From an uncultured Eubacteriales bacterium (GTDB taxonomy: Bacteria; Bacillota; Clostridia; Christensenellales; UBA1242), in assembly GCA_900552105.1 (NCBI GenBank), contig URYH01000002.1:10652-74651 (forward strand): DNA of 64,000 bases. Reading direction: 5' to 3'. This document shows, piece by piece, positions 14,456 to 24,454 of the stretch (position 1 is the first letter of the stretch; each line of letters starts with the position of its first letter). Position numbers and translations under genes: made by a program. The notes below the pieces were generated by a model. It was not told where the DNA came from and ran no database searches. It saw only the letters and a list, made by a program, of their open reading frames with translations.

Positions 14456-15114
14456 TTATTTTCCTCTATAACTTTTAATATTATATCACAAACCTCGTCA
14501 ATGTCCAAACAAGTTGAGTCAATATAAATTGCATCTCCACATTTTTTCAAAGGTGCCACCTCACGCTCTGAGTCTTGTTTGTCACGTAAAACAACATCTT
14601 GCAAAATTTCTTCATAAGGAGTTTGTCCGCCCAACTCATCAAATCTTCTTTTTGCACGGACTTCGGGCTTTGCATCAAGATAAAATTTGAAATCTGCATT
14701 TGGCAGAACAACCGAACCAATATCTCGACCTTCCGTCACAAGACCAACATCTCTCGCTGCATTTCTAACAACAGAATTAACAAGTTCACGAATTTCTGGA
14801 TAAGCTGAAACGGTCGATGCCATCATGCCAATTTGCTCTTGTCTCAAAAGTCCGTCAACAACTCTCTCATCAAGGATTGTTTTTTGTTGTCCGTCCACAA
14901 AATCAACTTTTAATTTTCTCGTTCTTGCACAATCAAGAACTTTTTGCTTTTCATTTGCTCCAATACCTTGTTCATAACACGCAAGAGCATACGCTCTATA
15001 AAGACTTCCAGAATTCAGATGCAAAACTCCAAGTTTTTTTGCAACAAGGTCGGCAATAGTTGATTTTCCACTTCCGCTTGGGCCATCAATGGCAATTGAA
15101 AACACTTTTTTCAT
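14452..15114 (-). CDS. cmk: (d)CMP kinase, copy 2
   Basis: IAIDGPSGSGKST P-loop, GRDIGSVVLPNADFKFYLDA, and RAKRR. 220 aa. Confidence 0.88.
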   Translation of the reverse strand: MKKVFSIAIDGPSGSGKSTIADLVAKKLGVLHLNSGSLYRAYALACYEQGIGANEKQKVLDCARTRKLKVDFVDGQQKTILDERVVDGLLRQEQIGMMASTVSAYPEIRELVNSVVRNAARDVGLVTEGRDIGSVVLPNADFKFYLDAKPEVRAKRRFDELGGQTPYEEILQDVVLRDKQDSEREVAPLKKCGDAIYIDSTCLDIDEVCDIILKVIEENK

Positions 15115-15169
15115 TTTTTCTCCTTTCGATTTGACAAATCATCAAAATTTGTTTATTATATTGTCGTTT

Positions 15170-15245
15170 GCTTGTGTGGCTCAGTCGGTAGAGCAGTTGA
15201 TTCGTAATCAACAGGTCGGCGGTTCGATCCCGCCCACAAGCTCCA
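15170..15245 (+). tRNA. tRNA-Thr(CGT)
   Basis: GCTTGTGTGGCTCAGTCGGTAGAGCAGTTGATTCGTAATCAACAGGTCGGCGGTTCGATCCCGCCCACAAGCTCCA. The anticodon loop is TTCGTAA. Confidence 0.93.
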
Positions 15246-15276
15246 AAAGCACAATATCTTGTGCTTTTATTTTTTA
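15246..15276 (+). terminator. intrinsic terminator after tRNA-Thr(CGT)
   Basis: AAGCACA-N6-TGTGCTT followed by a T-rich run. It overlaps the 3' end of the convergent ORF at 15267-15758. Confidence 0.65.
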
Positions 15277-15758
15277 TAAATCTTATACTCTTTTTCAGCA
15301 TCATTCGGAGTTTGATTAATATTATCTTTTATTTTATCAACCCTTTTATTTAATTGAGATGTTTTACGAAGCATTAACTCTCTAACCAGTTTCCCTCGTT
15401 CTGTCATTTCAAGTCTTGCACGTTCACGCCACCTAATTCTTTCATCATGTCTTAGTTTGTCATTGCTTATTGCAATTCTCAGCAATTCGATATAAGGACG
15501 CAGATATTTATGTTTTAAAATCCAGTAAACGATACAACTAACTAGAAAAACAACAAATAGTATATAACTGAATATAATGCAACCATCAATTGTTAAACAT
15601 ATTCCACATATGAAAATAATTAATGATATAACAAATATTGCAACACAAAATAAAAAATAAATTCTATATTTTCGTTTTGCAGCCCACAACAATTCCCTTG
15701 CCTCGTCACTTTCAGGCGTTTGCATTAATGTGATTGTTGAAACCTCAATCTTATCCAT
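15267..15758 (-). CDS. hypothetical membrane protein (163 aa, 2 TM plus a charged C-terminal helix)
   Basis: Two hydrophobic segments are followed by an Arg/Lys/Glu-rich tail. I recognise no family. Confidence 0.5.
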   Translation of the reverse strand: MDKIEVSTITLMQTPESDEARELLWAAKRKYRIYFLFCVAIFVISLIIFICGICLTIDGCIIFSYILFVVFLVSCIVYWILKHKYLRPYIELLRIAISNDKLRHDERIRWRERARLEMTERGKLVRELMLRKTSQLNKRVDKIKDNINQTPNDAEKEYKIYKK

Positions 15759-15789
15759 ATTTTCACCTCGTCAATTTTAATTTATCAAA

Positions 15790-15817
15790 CAATAAAAGAC
15801 CAAAAATTGGTCTTTTT
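15790..15817 (-). terminator. intrinsic terminator after the S1-domain gene
   Basis: The hairpin AAGACCA-N5-TGGTCTT (15796-15814) is flanked by A- and T-runs and lies immediately after the stop at 15818. Confidence 0.55.
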
Positions 15818-16867
15818 TTACTGCCCTGCTTTGAGATTTGGAATTGCAAACGACAAACGATTTTTTTCTTCGTCTTTTTCAATGATTTCGACTTGAAGTT
15901 TGTCGCCCATATGAACAATCTCATGAATACTTTTTCTTTCTTGTGTTGTTGCTTTTGAAATATGCAACATTCCAGTTGCCCCATTCTCAAGTTTGATTAT
16001 TGCACCAAATGCAAGAAGTTTTATGACTTCACCTTCAACAATTTCACCCACTTGATATTTTGAAATGAGAACTTGAGATGGTTTTGGCTGGGTTTGTTTA
16101 TAGGACAAACCCACCTTTTTCTCAACTCTATCAACCGAAATAACCCTAAAAGGATATTTTTGTCCAATTTTTAGAACATCTTCAATGTTGTTTACCCTGT
16201 CATACGAAACTTCTGAAATATGAACAAAACAATCCACCCCGTCAACATCGACAAACGCTCCATATGGCATAATCTTTTTCACAGTCCCCACAACAATCTT
16301 ATTTTCAAAAACAGCACGGAAGAAATTATCTGAGTTTTCTCTGTCAACTTCTTCTTCCAAAATTCTTTTTGAAGCAATAATGTTTTTCTTGTCAGCGTCA
16401 ACTTCAATTGCAGCAACTTCAATGCGTTGATTTTTCATGCTATCCATTGAAACATAAGACTTTGAACTAACTTGACTTGCTGGAATAAATATTGAATAAT
16501 CCCCCAATTTGCTTTTAAGTCCCGCACGAGTCACTTCATCAATAACGCAACTGAATTTTGAGCCAACTTTGATTTTGCTTGCGACTTTTTCTCCATCAAT
16601 AAAACTTTCGGCAATACGTTTTGAAACTTCAATAAATCCGTTTTCGTTTTTCATGTTGATAATCATGCAGTCAAAACTATCGCCGAGTTTGACATCATCA
16701 AAACAGTCAAATTCGTCTTTGGAAATAAACGCGTCATTTTTCCCTCCAATATTAACAATCGCCCCGTCTTGTCTTTTTTGAACAATAAAACCGTTCACAA
16801 CCTGCTTTGGAGAATACTTTGTGAAAGTGCTGTCAATCGCTTTCATGTTAAATTTTGTTTCAGTCAT
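15818..16867 (-). CDS. rpsA: S1 RNA-binding domain protein (ribosomal protein S1 homolog, four S1 repeats)
   Basis: 349 aa with four repeats of the S1 pattern (for example G.IVEGEVIKLLAFGAIIKLENGATGMLHIS). The context is the cmk-plsC-S1 arrangement. Confidence 0.8.
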   Translation of the reverse strand: MTETKFNMKAIDSTFTKYSPKQVVNGFIVQKRQDGAIVNIGGKNDAFISKDEFDCFDDVKLGDSFDCMIINMKNENGFIEVSKRIAESFIDGEKVASKIKVGSKFSCVIDEVTRAGLKSKLGDYSIFIPASQVSSKSYVSMDSMKNQRIEVAAIEVDADKKNIIASKRILEEEVDRENSDNFFRAVFENKIVVGTVKKIMPYGAFVDVDGVDCFVHISEVSYDRVNNIEDVLKIGQKYPFRVISVDRVEKKVGLSYKQTQPKPSQVLISKYQVGEIVEGEVIKLLAFGAIIKLENGATGMLHISKATTQERKSIHEIVHMGDKLQVEIIEKDEEKNRLSFAIPNLKAGQ

Positions 16868-16945
16868 TTCTATACCTCATAATAGAATAAGCATAACAAA
16901 AGTTATGCCTATTTGTAAAATGAAAATTATAGTAAATTAAAAAAA

Positions 16946-17518
16946 TTAAACATTCATTTTGTCAGTTATAATTTTTGATGCTTCATCCAACACTTCTTTT
17001 GTGAGTTTTTGTCCAGAAAACTGATTAAGAGAGAAAGGTTCACCAAAAGTTAAGGTGTTAAATCGAAATAATCTTGGCCTTTTTGCAATATGAATTGGCA
17101 AAATCTCAACCCCACTTTTGATTGCAAACATTGCAGTTCCATTTTTTACTGCTTGCAAATCATCGCTTGTTTTGTTGCGAGTGCCTTCTGGGAAAATTGT
17201 CAAGGTTTCACCATTTTTCAAAAGTGTCATGCACGTCTTCACAGCATGGAGGTCAAGGTTTTGTCTGTCGATTGGAACTGCGTGCATTTTTTTTAAAAAC
17301 CAACTTTTGAATTTTGTTGAAAACAATTCCTTTTTCGCCAAAACATACTGTCTGCGGTGTATATTCTGCATAAGTAATACAATATCTAGGTTTGTTGTGT
17401 GATTGCAAACGAAAATGTAGTTCTTTCCCTTCTTGATGTTTTTTCGATTTTTCAACCTTGTTGGAAGAATTAAGAACAGAATTGGCCAACATATTATTTT
17501 CAAAAATCTATATAGCAT
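16946..17518 (-). CDS. plsC: 1-acyl-sn-glycerol-3-phosphate acyltransferase
   Basis: HX4D motif CNHTTNLD and the FPEGTR motif. I chose the start at 17518 (MLYRF) because GGAGGGGG lies just upstream. The ORF is open to 17536. Confidence 0.85.
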   Translation of the reverse strand: MLYRFLKIICWPILFLILPTRLKNRKNIKKGKNYIFVCNHTTNLDIVLLMQNIHRRQYVLAKKELFSTKFKSWFLKKMHAVPIDRQNLDLHAVKTCMTLLKNGETLTIFPEGTRNKTSDDLQAVKNGTAMFAIKSGVEILPIHIAKRPRLFRFNTLTFGEPFSLNQFSGQKLTKEVLDEASKIITDKMNV

Positions 17519-18164
17519 TTCCCCCTCCCATTTCATTTTTAATAAATTGTATTGTATCTGTCAAGTTCATGTTTGAAGTATCCACAACCTTGACCCCCTC
17601 AACAAGCTTGAGTGGAGATATTTTTCTTGTTGCATCTTCCAAATCCCGCTCATAAAGTTTTTCAACAACATCTTTTTGCGACACATTTTCGCCAAGTTGT
17701 TGCAAATCTTCCATTCTTCTTTTTGAACGCTCAAGATATGAACAGGTGATAAAAAATTTGTAATCAGCATTTGGCAAAACTTCACTAGTTATGTCACGCC
17801 CTTCCATAAGCACATTGTTATTTCTCGCATATTCACGTTGATAGTTTCGAACAACCTCTCTCAAATCCTCAATTTCAGCATATTTGGGGACAAGTTGTGA
17901 GATATTTGTTGTTCTCAACTCTTTATTATTGTATTCTTTGCCATTAATTTTAATAATTTGCTCTCCTTGAACAAAATGAACTTCAAGAATTATGTCGTCA
18001 AAATCAATGTTTGGATTTGGCGGTTGTTTTTTGTCACAAAAATATTTTGTTAGTGCGCGATATAGCATACCCACATTAAATCTATTGATTTTTAGTTCTG
18101 TTGCCAACATTTTTGCAATTGTGCTTTTGCCACTTCCACTCATTCCATCAATCGCAATAATCAC
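17508..18164 (-). CDS. cmk: (d)CMP kinase, copy 1
   Basis: IAIDGMSGSGKST P-loop, GRDITSEVLPNADYKFF, and RSKRR. 218 aa. It overlaps the upstream gene by 4 nt. Confidence 0.85.
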   Translation of the reverse strand: MIIAIDGMSGSGKSTIAKMLATELKINRFNVGMLYRALTKYFCDKKQPPNPNIDFDDIILEVHFVQGEQIIKINGKEYNNKELRTTNISQLVPKYAEIEDLREVVRNYQREYARNNNVLMEGRDITSEVLPNADYKFFITCSYLERSKRRMEDLQQLGENVSQKDVVEKLYERDLEDATRKISPLKLVEGVKVVDTSNMNLTDTIQFIKNEMGGGNAI

Positions 18165-19393
18165 ACTTCACCTCCCGCACTGCGTCCAGCAAGGCAACCC
18201 GTTGACAAGGCAATTTGAATGTTAAAGCCACCTGTATACGCATCGACGTCAATAATCTCGCCCGCAAAGAAAAGACCCTGACAAAGTTTGCTCTCCATTG
18301 TCTTTGACATAATTTCTTTTGTGTCCACTCCACCAGTTGTCACAACTGCCCTTTCAAAATCATTCGATATATCAAAATGTAGTTCAAAATTTTTTATTTG
18401 TTTTGCAATATTTAATCTTTGTTGTTTTGTGACGGAATGAATTTTTTGATTTGATGCAATTTCACACACACTCAAAAGGACTGGAACAAATCTTGTCGGC
18501 AACATTGTTTTTAGAACTGTTTGAATTTCAGCATTTTTGTTTTGCTCAAATTCGGTCAACACTCTTTCTTCGAGTTCGCTTTGCGTCATATATGGCTTGA
18601 AATCAAGAAAAAGTTTGTGTTCAAAGTTGTTTTCAATGTGGGCAATATGCGCACTCATTGAAAGAGCTATTGGTCCAGACAATTCTTTGTCAGTAAAAAG
18701 TGCTTCGCCAAAGAATGCAAGTTTTGTCTTTTTGCCAACAAGTCTGAGTTCAACGTTTTTGAGTGACAACCCTTCAAGAGAAGAAACAAAACCATCTTTT
18801 AGTGGGATTGCCACAAGGCTTGGTTTTGTTGGGATAATTTTGTGTCCAAAAGACTTTGCAAGCGCATAACCATCACCGTTTGAACCCGTTGTTGGATAAC
18901 TTTTTCCGCCAGTTGTCAAAATCACTTTATCACAAACAAATTCTCCCTTATTTGTTTTGACTTCAAATTTGTTTTCATTTTTTTTCACCGACAAAACATT
19001 TGTATCAAGTTGCACACGCACACCTTTTTTCATTATTGCATATGTAAGTGCTTTTGTGATATCACTCGCCTTGTCAGAAACAGGAAACACGCGTCCACCA
19101 CGTTCAACTTTGAGTTTGCAACCAAATTTTTCAAAAAAATTTACAGTGTCATCATAATCAAACGCCGAACTTGCCGAATACAAAAATTTTGGATTTGAAA
19201 CAACATTATTCAAAAACTCTTGCCCCACGCATTTTTCATTTGTGACATTGCAACGACCCTTGCCCGTGATATATAGTTTTTTGCCAAGTTTTTCGTTTTT
19301 TTCAAGAAGCAGAACATCATTATTATTGTTTGCAGCAAAAAAAGCCGACATAAGACCTGCCGGCCCACCACCAACAACAATTATCCTTGTCAT
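18161..19393 (-). CDS. NAD(P)/FAD-dependent oxidoreductase, HI0933/YhiN (BaiN-like) family
   Basis: IIVVGGGPAGLMSA dinucleotide-binding N-terminus, TGKGRCNVTN, and GEIIDVDAYTGGFN at the C-terminus. 410 aa. Confidence 0.8.
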   Translation of the reverse strand: MTRIIVVGGGPAGLMSAFFAANNNNDVLLLEKNEKLGKKLYITGKGRCNVTNEKCVGQEFLNNVVSNPKFLYSASSAFDYDDTVNFFEKFGCKLKVERGGRVFPVSDKASDITKALTYAIMKKGVRVQLDTNVLSVKKNENKFEVKTNKGEFVCDKVILTTGGKSYPTTGSNGDGYALAKSFGHKIIPTKPSLVAIPLKDGFVSSLEGLSLKNVELRLVGKKTKLAFFGEALFTDKELSGPIALSMSAHIAHIENNFEHKLFLDFKPYMTQSELEERVLTEFEQNKNAEIQTVLKTMLPTRFVPVLLSVCEIASNQKIHSVTKQQRLNIAKQIKNFELHFDISNDFERAVVTTGGVDTKEIMSKTMESKLCQGLFFAGEIIDVDAYTGGFNIQIALSTGCLAGRSAGGEV

Positions 19394-20109
19394 TGATTTT
19401 GTCCTTTTGAAAGCAAAATTAGTTCACCATCTGTGAGATCGCGATATTCACCGCGTTTGAGCCCGCCAAGTTTGACTCCACCAATACTTACGCGTTTAAG
19501 CATAATAACAACACGCCCAATCGCCTCAAACATACGGCGAATTTGACGATTTTTGCCTTCATCAATTGTGATTTCAAGTCGTGTGACGTTATTTTCAAAA
19601 GACTTGAATACAATTTTGCATTTTGGAAGTCTTGTTCCGTCACTCTCAACAACTCCCGCACGCATAACTGCAAGTTCGCTCTCTTTTAGTTCTCCCTCAA
19701 CCGTGACGATATACGTTTTCTCAACCCCATTTTTTGCAGAAGTGAGAAAATTTGCGAACTCTCCGTCATTTGTAAGAATAATCAACCCTTCGCTATCATA
19801 ATCAAGCCTGCCGACACTAAACAGTCGAACAGATTTGTCAGGAATTAGGTCAAAAATTGTTTTTCTGCCCCTTGGATCAGTTGCCGAACAAATATAACCT
19901 TTTGGCTTGTTGAGTTTTATATATACAAAACCTTTTGGTGGTGCAATAACTTTTCCCTCAAACTCCACCTTGTCTTTTTTTTCATTGATATCTGTTGCAA
20001 GGTTTGTAACAACTTGTCCATTAACCTTGATTTGTCCGTTTTTTATTAAATCTTCACACTTTCTTCTTGATGCAACTCCACACGCTGCAATGTATTTATT
20101 TATTCTCAT
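19390..20109 (-). CDS. rluB: RsuA/RluB-family rRNA pseudouridine synthase
   Basis: An S4 domain (MRINKYIAACGVASRRKCE), then GRLDYDSEGLIILTNDGE and KNRQIRRMFE. Confidence 0.88.
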   Translation of the reverse strand: MRINKYIAACGVASRRKCEDLIKNGQIKVNGQVVTNLATDINEKKDKVEFEGKVIAPPKGFVYIKLNKPKGYICSATDPRGRKTIFDLIPDKSVRLFSVGRLDYDSEGLIILTNDGEFANFLTSAKNGVEKTYIVTVEGELKESELAVMRAGVVESDGTRLPKCKIVFKSFENNVTRLEITIDEGKNRQIRRMFEAIGRVVIMLKRVSIGGVKLGGLKRGEYRDLTDGELILLSKGQNQ

Positions 20110-20110
20110 T

Positions 20111-21256
20111 TCACCTAAACCAATTATAGATTAAGTCTTTAAGCCCACTTCGGACAAATTTTGACTTCACTTCTTCCATTGTATAAATATTTTCTTCGAA
20201 AAGCAAATCATTATCAAGTTTTATGCAAACTTTGCCAACAATTTTTTCTTTTTGAACGGGCGCTTGCATGATTGTTGGATAGTCAAACGTCACGCAAACT
20301 TTTTGATATTCTTCATTTGTCATGGGATAAGAAAACCCCTTGATTGAAAACACATCAACAGTTTGTTTGTCGCCATTTTCAACATCAATGCTCCCACAAA
20401 CAAAATATGGTTGCAAAAGTTCTTTCATTGAATAGCTCTTGAATCCATATTCCAATAGTCTCTCGCTTTCTTCCCACATCGGACCGCAATTTAGCACAAC
20501 GCAAATCAGTGTCATTCCATCTCTTGTGCAACTTGACACCAAGCATCTGCCTGCCTTTTTTGTAAAACCAGTTTTCACGCCGTCCGCCCCATCAAGATAC
20601 GTGAGCAGTTTATTTTTGTTTTGAAACACTCTCCCGATTATGTCATCGCTTGCAGCAATTCGATATTGCTTTGTTCCAACAATTCGAGCAAACTCCTTGT
20701 TTTGCATTGCAAATCTTGAAATATTGGCAAGATCTCTAGCACTGCAATGATGTCCTTCTTGTTCGAGCCCGTGAGGATTTGTAAAATTGCAGCCCGTTGC
20801 GCCACAATTTTTTGCAGTTTCATTCATCATTTTGCAAAATCCGTCAATGCTTCCGCCAACCGCATATGCAAGAGCAACCGCAGAATCGTTTCCAGAGCGC
20901 AACATAAGTCCATGCAATAAATCTTCAATGGTAAGTTTTTCGCCCTCGCGAAGATATATGCTTGTCCCCTCAATGCCGACACATTTTTTGTCAATTGTCA
21001 CAACACGTTTTATGTCGTCACAATTATTCAGCACCGTGAGTGCTGTCACAATTTTTGTCGTGCTTGCGATTGAAAGTTGTTCGTCTGCATTCTTCTCAGC
21101 AAGAACACGACCGGTTGTTTTTTCAATCAAAATCATGCCCTTTGCCGAGGTCGAAGGAATATTGTTTTGAATTTCGGCGTGTGCTGTGTTTGAAAAGCTT
21201 GTTTCAATAATCACAGCAATGACAATCAAAAAGAGAAAGCACAAAACGCGTTTCAT
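20111..21256 (-). CDS. dacB: D-alanyl-D-alanine carboxypeptidase (S11, DacB-like)
   Basis: Signal peptide, SxxK (SIASTTK), SxN (RSGND) and KTG (VKTGFT). It sits upstream-adjacent to the ytfJ-type sporulation genes. Confidence 0.85.
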   Translation of the reverse strand: MKRVLCFLFLIVIAVIIETSFSNTAHAEIQNNIPSTSAKGMILIEKTTGRVLAEKNADEQLSIASTTKIVTALTVLNNCDDIKRVVTIDKKCVGIEGTSIYLREGEKLTIEDLLHGLMLRSGNDSAVALAYAVGGSIDGFCKMMNETAKNCGATGCNFTNPHGLEQEGHHCSARDLANISRFAMQNKEFARIVGTKQYRIAASDDIIGRVFQNKNKLLTYLDGADGVKTGFTKKAGRCLVSSCTRDGMTLICVVLNCGPMWEESERLLEYGFKSYSMKELLQPYFVCGSIDVENGDKQTVDVFSIKGFSYPMTNEEYQKVCVTFDYPTIMQAPVQKEKIVGKVCIKLDNDLLFEENIYTMEEVKSKFVRSGLKDLIYNWFR

Positions 21257-21636
21257 TTTATGCCTCCCAAAACAGTCAATCCCTTTTCAGCAATATCAAT
21301 AATTTTTTGCAAATTATCAATTGAACCACTTGCAGGAATAAACTTCACCCCTTTTTCATTTTCAACCAAAAAGCCAACCGGCGTGAGATTCACTCCGCCT
21401 CCGCTTCCACCAGCCATCGGATAAGTTATGGGTTTTCTTTTGCCTTCAACACAGTTATACTCTCCCGCACCCAAAACAAATCCAACAGTCGCCTTGGAAA
21501 CAGGAATTATTGTTGTTCCAAGTGGCGAAATAATCGGGTCACCCATAATTGTTTTTGAGCTTGAAATTGATTTTATTTGTGTGAATGTGTCGTCGATAAT
21601 TGATTTTACTTTGCTTTGTTGAAATTCTGTCTCCAC
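21253..21636 (-). CDS. ytfJ: GerW/YtfJ-family sporulation protein
   Basis: IMGDPIISPLGTTIIPVSKATVGFVLGAGEY and GGSGGGVNLTPVGFLV match the YtfJ pattern. Confidence 0.85.
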   Translation of the reverse strand: METEFQQSKVKSIIDDTFTQIKSISSSKTIMGDPIISPLGTTIIPVSKATVGFVLGAGEYNCVEGKRKPITYPMAGGSGGGVNLTPVGFLVENEKGVKFIPASGSIDNLQKIIDIAEKGLTVLGGIK

Positions 21637-22208
21637 TGTTCAATCTCCTCTTTTCTCGTCTTTTTTGCTGCCCTCAAAAAACTCAGCCCCACATCAGACA
21701 AAGTGATAAAAAATCTCACTCGTGTTGATAGCACTGCACAAGTTTTTTCAAAATTGCAGTTGTTGACAAGAACAATATCAGAATGCGGTTTTTTCATTTT
21801 CAATTTCAGTGCCATAAAATTTGTTAAGCTTGATGTGACCCCGCCAAGCATTGCAGTAAAAAACGGATTTGGCGTTCCAAGATTGAGATACAAACAAAGT
21901 TTTCGAAGCGACAGAACATCAACAAGTTCATCAAAAAAGTTTTTTGCAAAATCAATTTTTTCAGTTGAAATTTCAATCTCTTTTGAAGTGCGCTTTCGAG
22001 ATGTTTTGATGACAATGTTTTTGCCCTTGATTTTTAGTTTTGCAAAATACACGCGTATCCCGCAAAACTTCAAAGTCACCATGCCAAAGTTTTCAAACAC
22101 ATTGACATAAAATCGGACTTCAAACAAAAATGGAAACGCAATGACGAACAAAAATAATAGCACTGTGATTAAAAATATTTCCACAATGCTATTATTTGTT
22201 AATATCAA
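21606..22208 (-). CDS. YtfI-like membrane protein (DUF2953-type)
   Basis: 200 aa with an N-terminal TM segment. It lies immediately upstream of ytfJ, as in B. subtilis ytfI-ytfJ. The assignment rests mainly on position. Confidence 0.5.
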   Translation of the reverse strand: MILTNNSIVEIFLITVLLFLFVIAFPFLFEVRFYVNVFENFGMVTLKFCGIRVYFAKLKIKGKNIVIKTSRKRTSKEIEISTEKIDFAKNFFDELVDVLSLRKLCLYLNLGTPNPFFTAMLGGVTSSLTNFMALKLKMKKPHSDIVLVNNCNFEKTCAVLSTRVRFFITLSDVGLSFLRAAKKTRKEEIEQWRQNFNKAK

Positions 22209-22222
22209 AAAATTATTTAGAA

Positions 22223-22987
22223 TTAGCCAATTTCTTCTTCGTTTGCGGGCTCTTCTGTTTCCGTCAAGGCATCAACAACTTCTTCCTCTGTCATTTCAGG
22301 GTTTTCTTCGCATGATCTGTCCGCCGCACTTTCGTCAGAAGAAAACTCTTGAAGTTCTTCACCCTGCAAGAAATCTGGAACTTCTTCTTCGTCTGGAAGT
22401 TTGTAGTCATAATACAAACTATCAGAATTTTCTTCTGGATTTCTGATGAGTTTGATTCTCTCCAAAATTTCTTCTTGATTTGGGAGGTCTGTGAGATCTT
22501 TGAGATCAAATCTCTTCAAAAACTCTTCTGTTGTTCCAAAAAGAAGGGGTTTGCCGATGACATCTTTTCTGCCAACAACTTCAATCAAATTGTGTTCCAA
22601 AAGCACTTGAACGGTGTAGTCGCAGTTAACACCTCTAACCTCTTCAATTTCAAGTCTTGTGATTGGTTGTTTGTAGGCAATGATTGACAAAGTTTCCATG
22701 CACGCTTTTGTTAACGCTTTCTCTCGAATTGGATTCAACACGCTCGCAATTTGGTCAGCATAGTTTGGATTTGAAGAAAGTTGAATTTTGTTTTTGTATT
22801 CAATGAGATGGATTCCCGAATCTCCAGAAAGTTTTTTCTTCAACTCTTTGACCGCTTTGTTCACTTCGTTTTGCGTCACTTCAAGTTTTTCGGCAAACGC
22901 ATTTATGTCAATTCCCTCGCCACTCACAAAAAGTGTTGCTTCAATAATATCTTTCAACATTCCATCAGTTATTAGGTCGCTCATCAT
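22223..22987 (-). CDS. scpB: segregation and condensation protein B with an acidic C-terminal extension
   Basis: IIEATLFVSGEGI, and an SIIAYKQPITRLEIEEVRGV winged-helix block. I chose the start at 22987/22984 (MMSDL), which has an AGGAGA RBS. The tail is rich in Glu and Asp. Confidence 0.88.
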   Translation of the reverse strand: MMSDLITDGMLKDIIEATLFVSGEGIDINAFAEKLEVTQNEVNKAVKELKKKLSGDSGIHLIEYKNKIQLSSNPNYADQIASVLNPIREKALTKACMETLSIIAYKQPITRLEIEEVRGVNCDYTVQVLLEHNLIEVVGRKDVIGKPLLFGTTEEFLKRFDLKDLTDLPNQEEILERIKLIRNPEENSDSLYYDYKLPDEEEVPDFLQGEELQEFSSDESAADRSCEENPEMTEEEVVDALTETEEPANEEEIG

Positions 22988-23756
22988 TGTTCTCCTCATA
23001 TCTTTCAATCTCAATATCTTCAAAGTTGCTTGTTTGTCTTGCTCGAACAACTTGCAATTTCAAAAGTTCCAAAAGTGCCAAGAAAATGTTTATAATTTCA
23101 CTCTTTGTTTGGTCTTCTGCAACAAGTTCAGAAAATTTGATTTTTTCATTAACCAAAACAGCATCTTTTATTGCTGCAATTTTTTCTGCCACAGTAAAAC
23201 GGTCTCTTTCAATCTTCTTTTCTTTGATCTCAACTGTTTTTTCAAGCGTTTTTGCAAGTATGTTTGAAAACGCATCAAGAAGCCCTTCAAGTGCCATGTC
23301 TTTCAGCACAACACGATATTTGTTCGCTTGCTTGTCTGGTTCTTTATAGAAACGCGAAATATCCTCAATATTATGTAATTCTTCACTTGCCTCTTTGAAT
23401 ATTTTGTATTCTTGAAGTTGGCGAAGAAGTTTGGCTTCGGGGTCTTCTTCTTCCGGCAAAATTTCTTCTGGTTTTGGAAGAAGTTTTTTGCTCTTTATCT
23501 CAATCAAAGTTGCTGCAACTTCAATAAACTCGCTCGCCTTTTCCATGTCAAGTTCTGGAATTTGTTCCATATATTCAAGGTATTGCTCTGTAATTGCCGA
23601 AAGCTTGACTGTTGCAATATCAAGCTTTGCTTCTTTAATCAGATGCAACAACAAATCCAAAGGTCCTTCAAAATTATCCAATCGCACCTTATACGCCGAA
23701 GTATCTTCAAACATTTCAGTTTGTGTTGTTTGTTCAAAATTTTCTTCCATACTCAT
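22965..23756 (-). CDS. scpA: segregation and condensation protein A
   Basis: FEGPLDLLLHLIKEAKLDI. The start at 23756 forms an ATGA overlap with the upstream stop. Confidence 0.9.
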   Translation of the reverse strand: MSMEENFEQTTQTEMFEDTSAYKVRLDNFEGPLDLLLHLIKEAKLDIATVKLSAITEQYLEYMEQIPELDMEKASEFIEVAATLIEIKSKKLLPKPEEILPEEEDPEAKLLRQLQEYKIFKEASEELHNIEDISRFYKEPDKQANKYRVVLKDMALEGLLDAFSNILAKTLEKTVEIKEKKIERDRFTVAEKIAAIKDAVLVNEKIKFSELVAEDQTKSEIINIFLALLELLKLQVVRARQTSNFEDIEIERYEENNDERPNN

Positions 23757-24415
23757 CCAAAAATTAGCCCCCACAAAGAATAAAGTCCAAATATTGCATT
23801 TTGCACAACATAAATATAAACATAACCAAATAGTCCTGTCAACAACAAAATCATAAGCACAATATAACCATAATTTCTCATGAAAGAAACATATTTGTTG
23901 TCATATTTAGCGTATGCCGCAATCGCATTAAATCCGTCGAGCGGATAGATTGGCAAAATGTTGAAAAGTGCAAAACTAACATTCAAGAGTGCTGAACGTG
24001 AAAACAAAACATACATGAAAAAATAAAAGTAGTTGAGTTGCTGAATTTTTGCAAACCAAAACGCAATAAATGACGAAACAATTGCCAAAATTATGTTTGC
24101 AATAATCCCCGCAACAGACACCCAAAACAAGCCTTTTTTGTAGTTTCGGAATTTATTTGGATTGATAGGAACAGGTTTTGCCCAACCAAAGCCGAAAAAA
24201 ATGAACATGATTGCACCCAAAAAATCCATGTGCTTGAAAGGATTGAGTGTCATTCGACCCATATATTTTGCAGTGTCGTCACCGCACTTATGCGCGATGA
24301 ATGCATGAGCAAATTCATGAAAAGTGATTGCAAAAAGCATGGCAATCAAATAAGCCAAAAAAACACAAAACAAACCAAGCCCTGAATTCTGCATACCCTG
24401 CATTTCGTTAATCAT
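23753..24415 (-). CDS. site-2 protease family (M50) zinc metalloprotease
   Basis: A polytopic membrane protein with HEFAHAFIAH (HExxH) and a later LPIYPLDG motif. Confidence 0.8.
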   Translation of the reverse strand: MINEMQGMQNSGLGLFCVFLAYLIAMLFAITFHEFAHAFIAHKCGDDTAKYMGRMTLNPFKHMDFLGAIMFIFFGFGWAKPVPINPNKFRNYKKGLFWVSVAGIIANIILAIVSSFIAFWFAKIQQLNYFYFFMYVLFSRSALLNVSFALFNILPIYPLDGFNAIAAYAKYDNKYVSFMRNYGYIVLMILLLTGLFGYVYIYVVQNAIFGLYSLWGLIFG

Positions 24416-24454
24416 AGTCGTTAGTATATATCAAAAGAATAATAAAAGCAAGGA

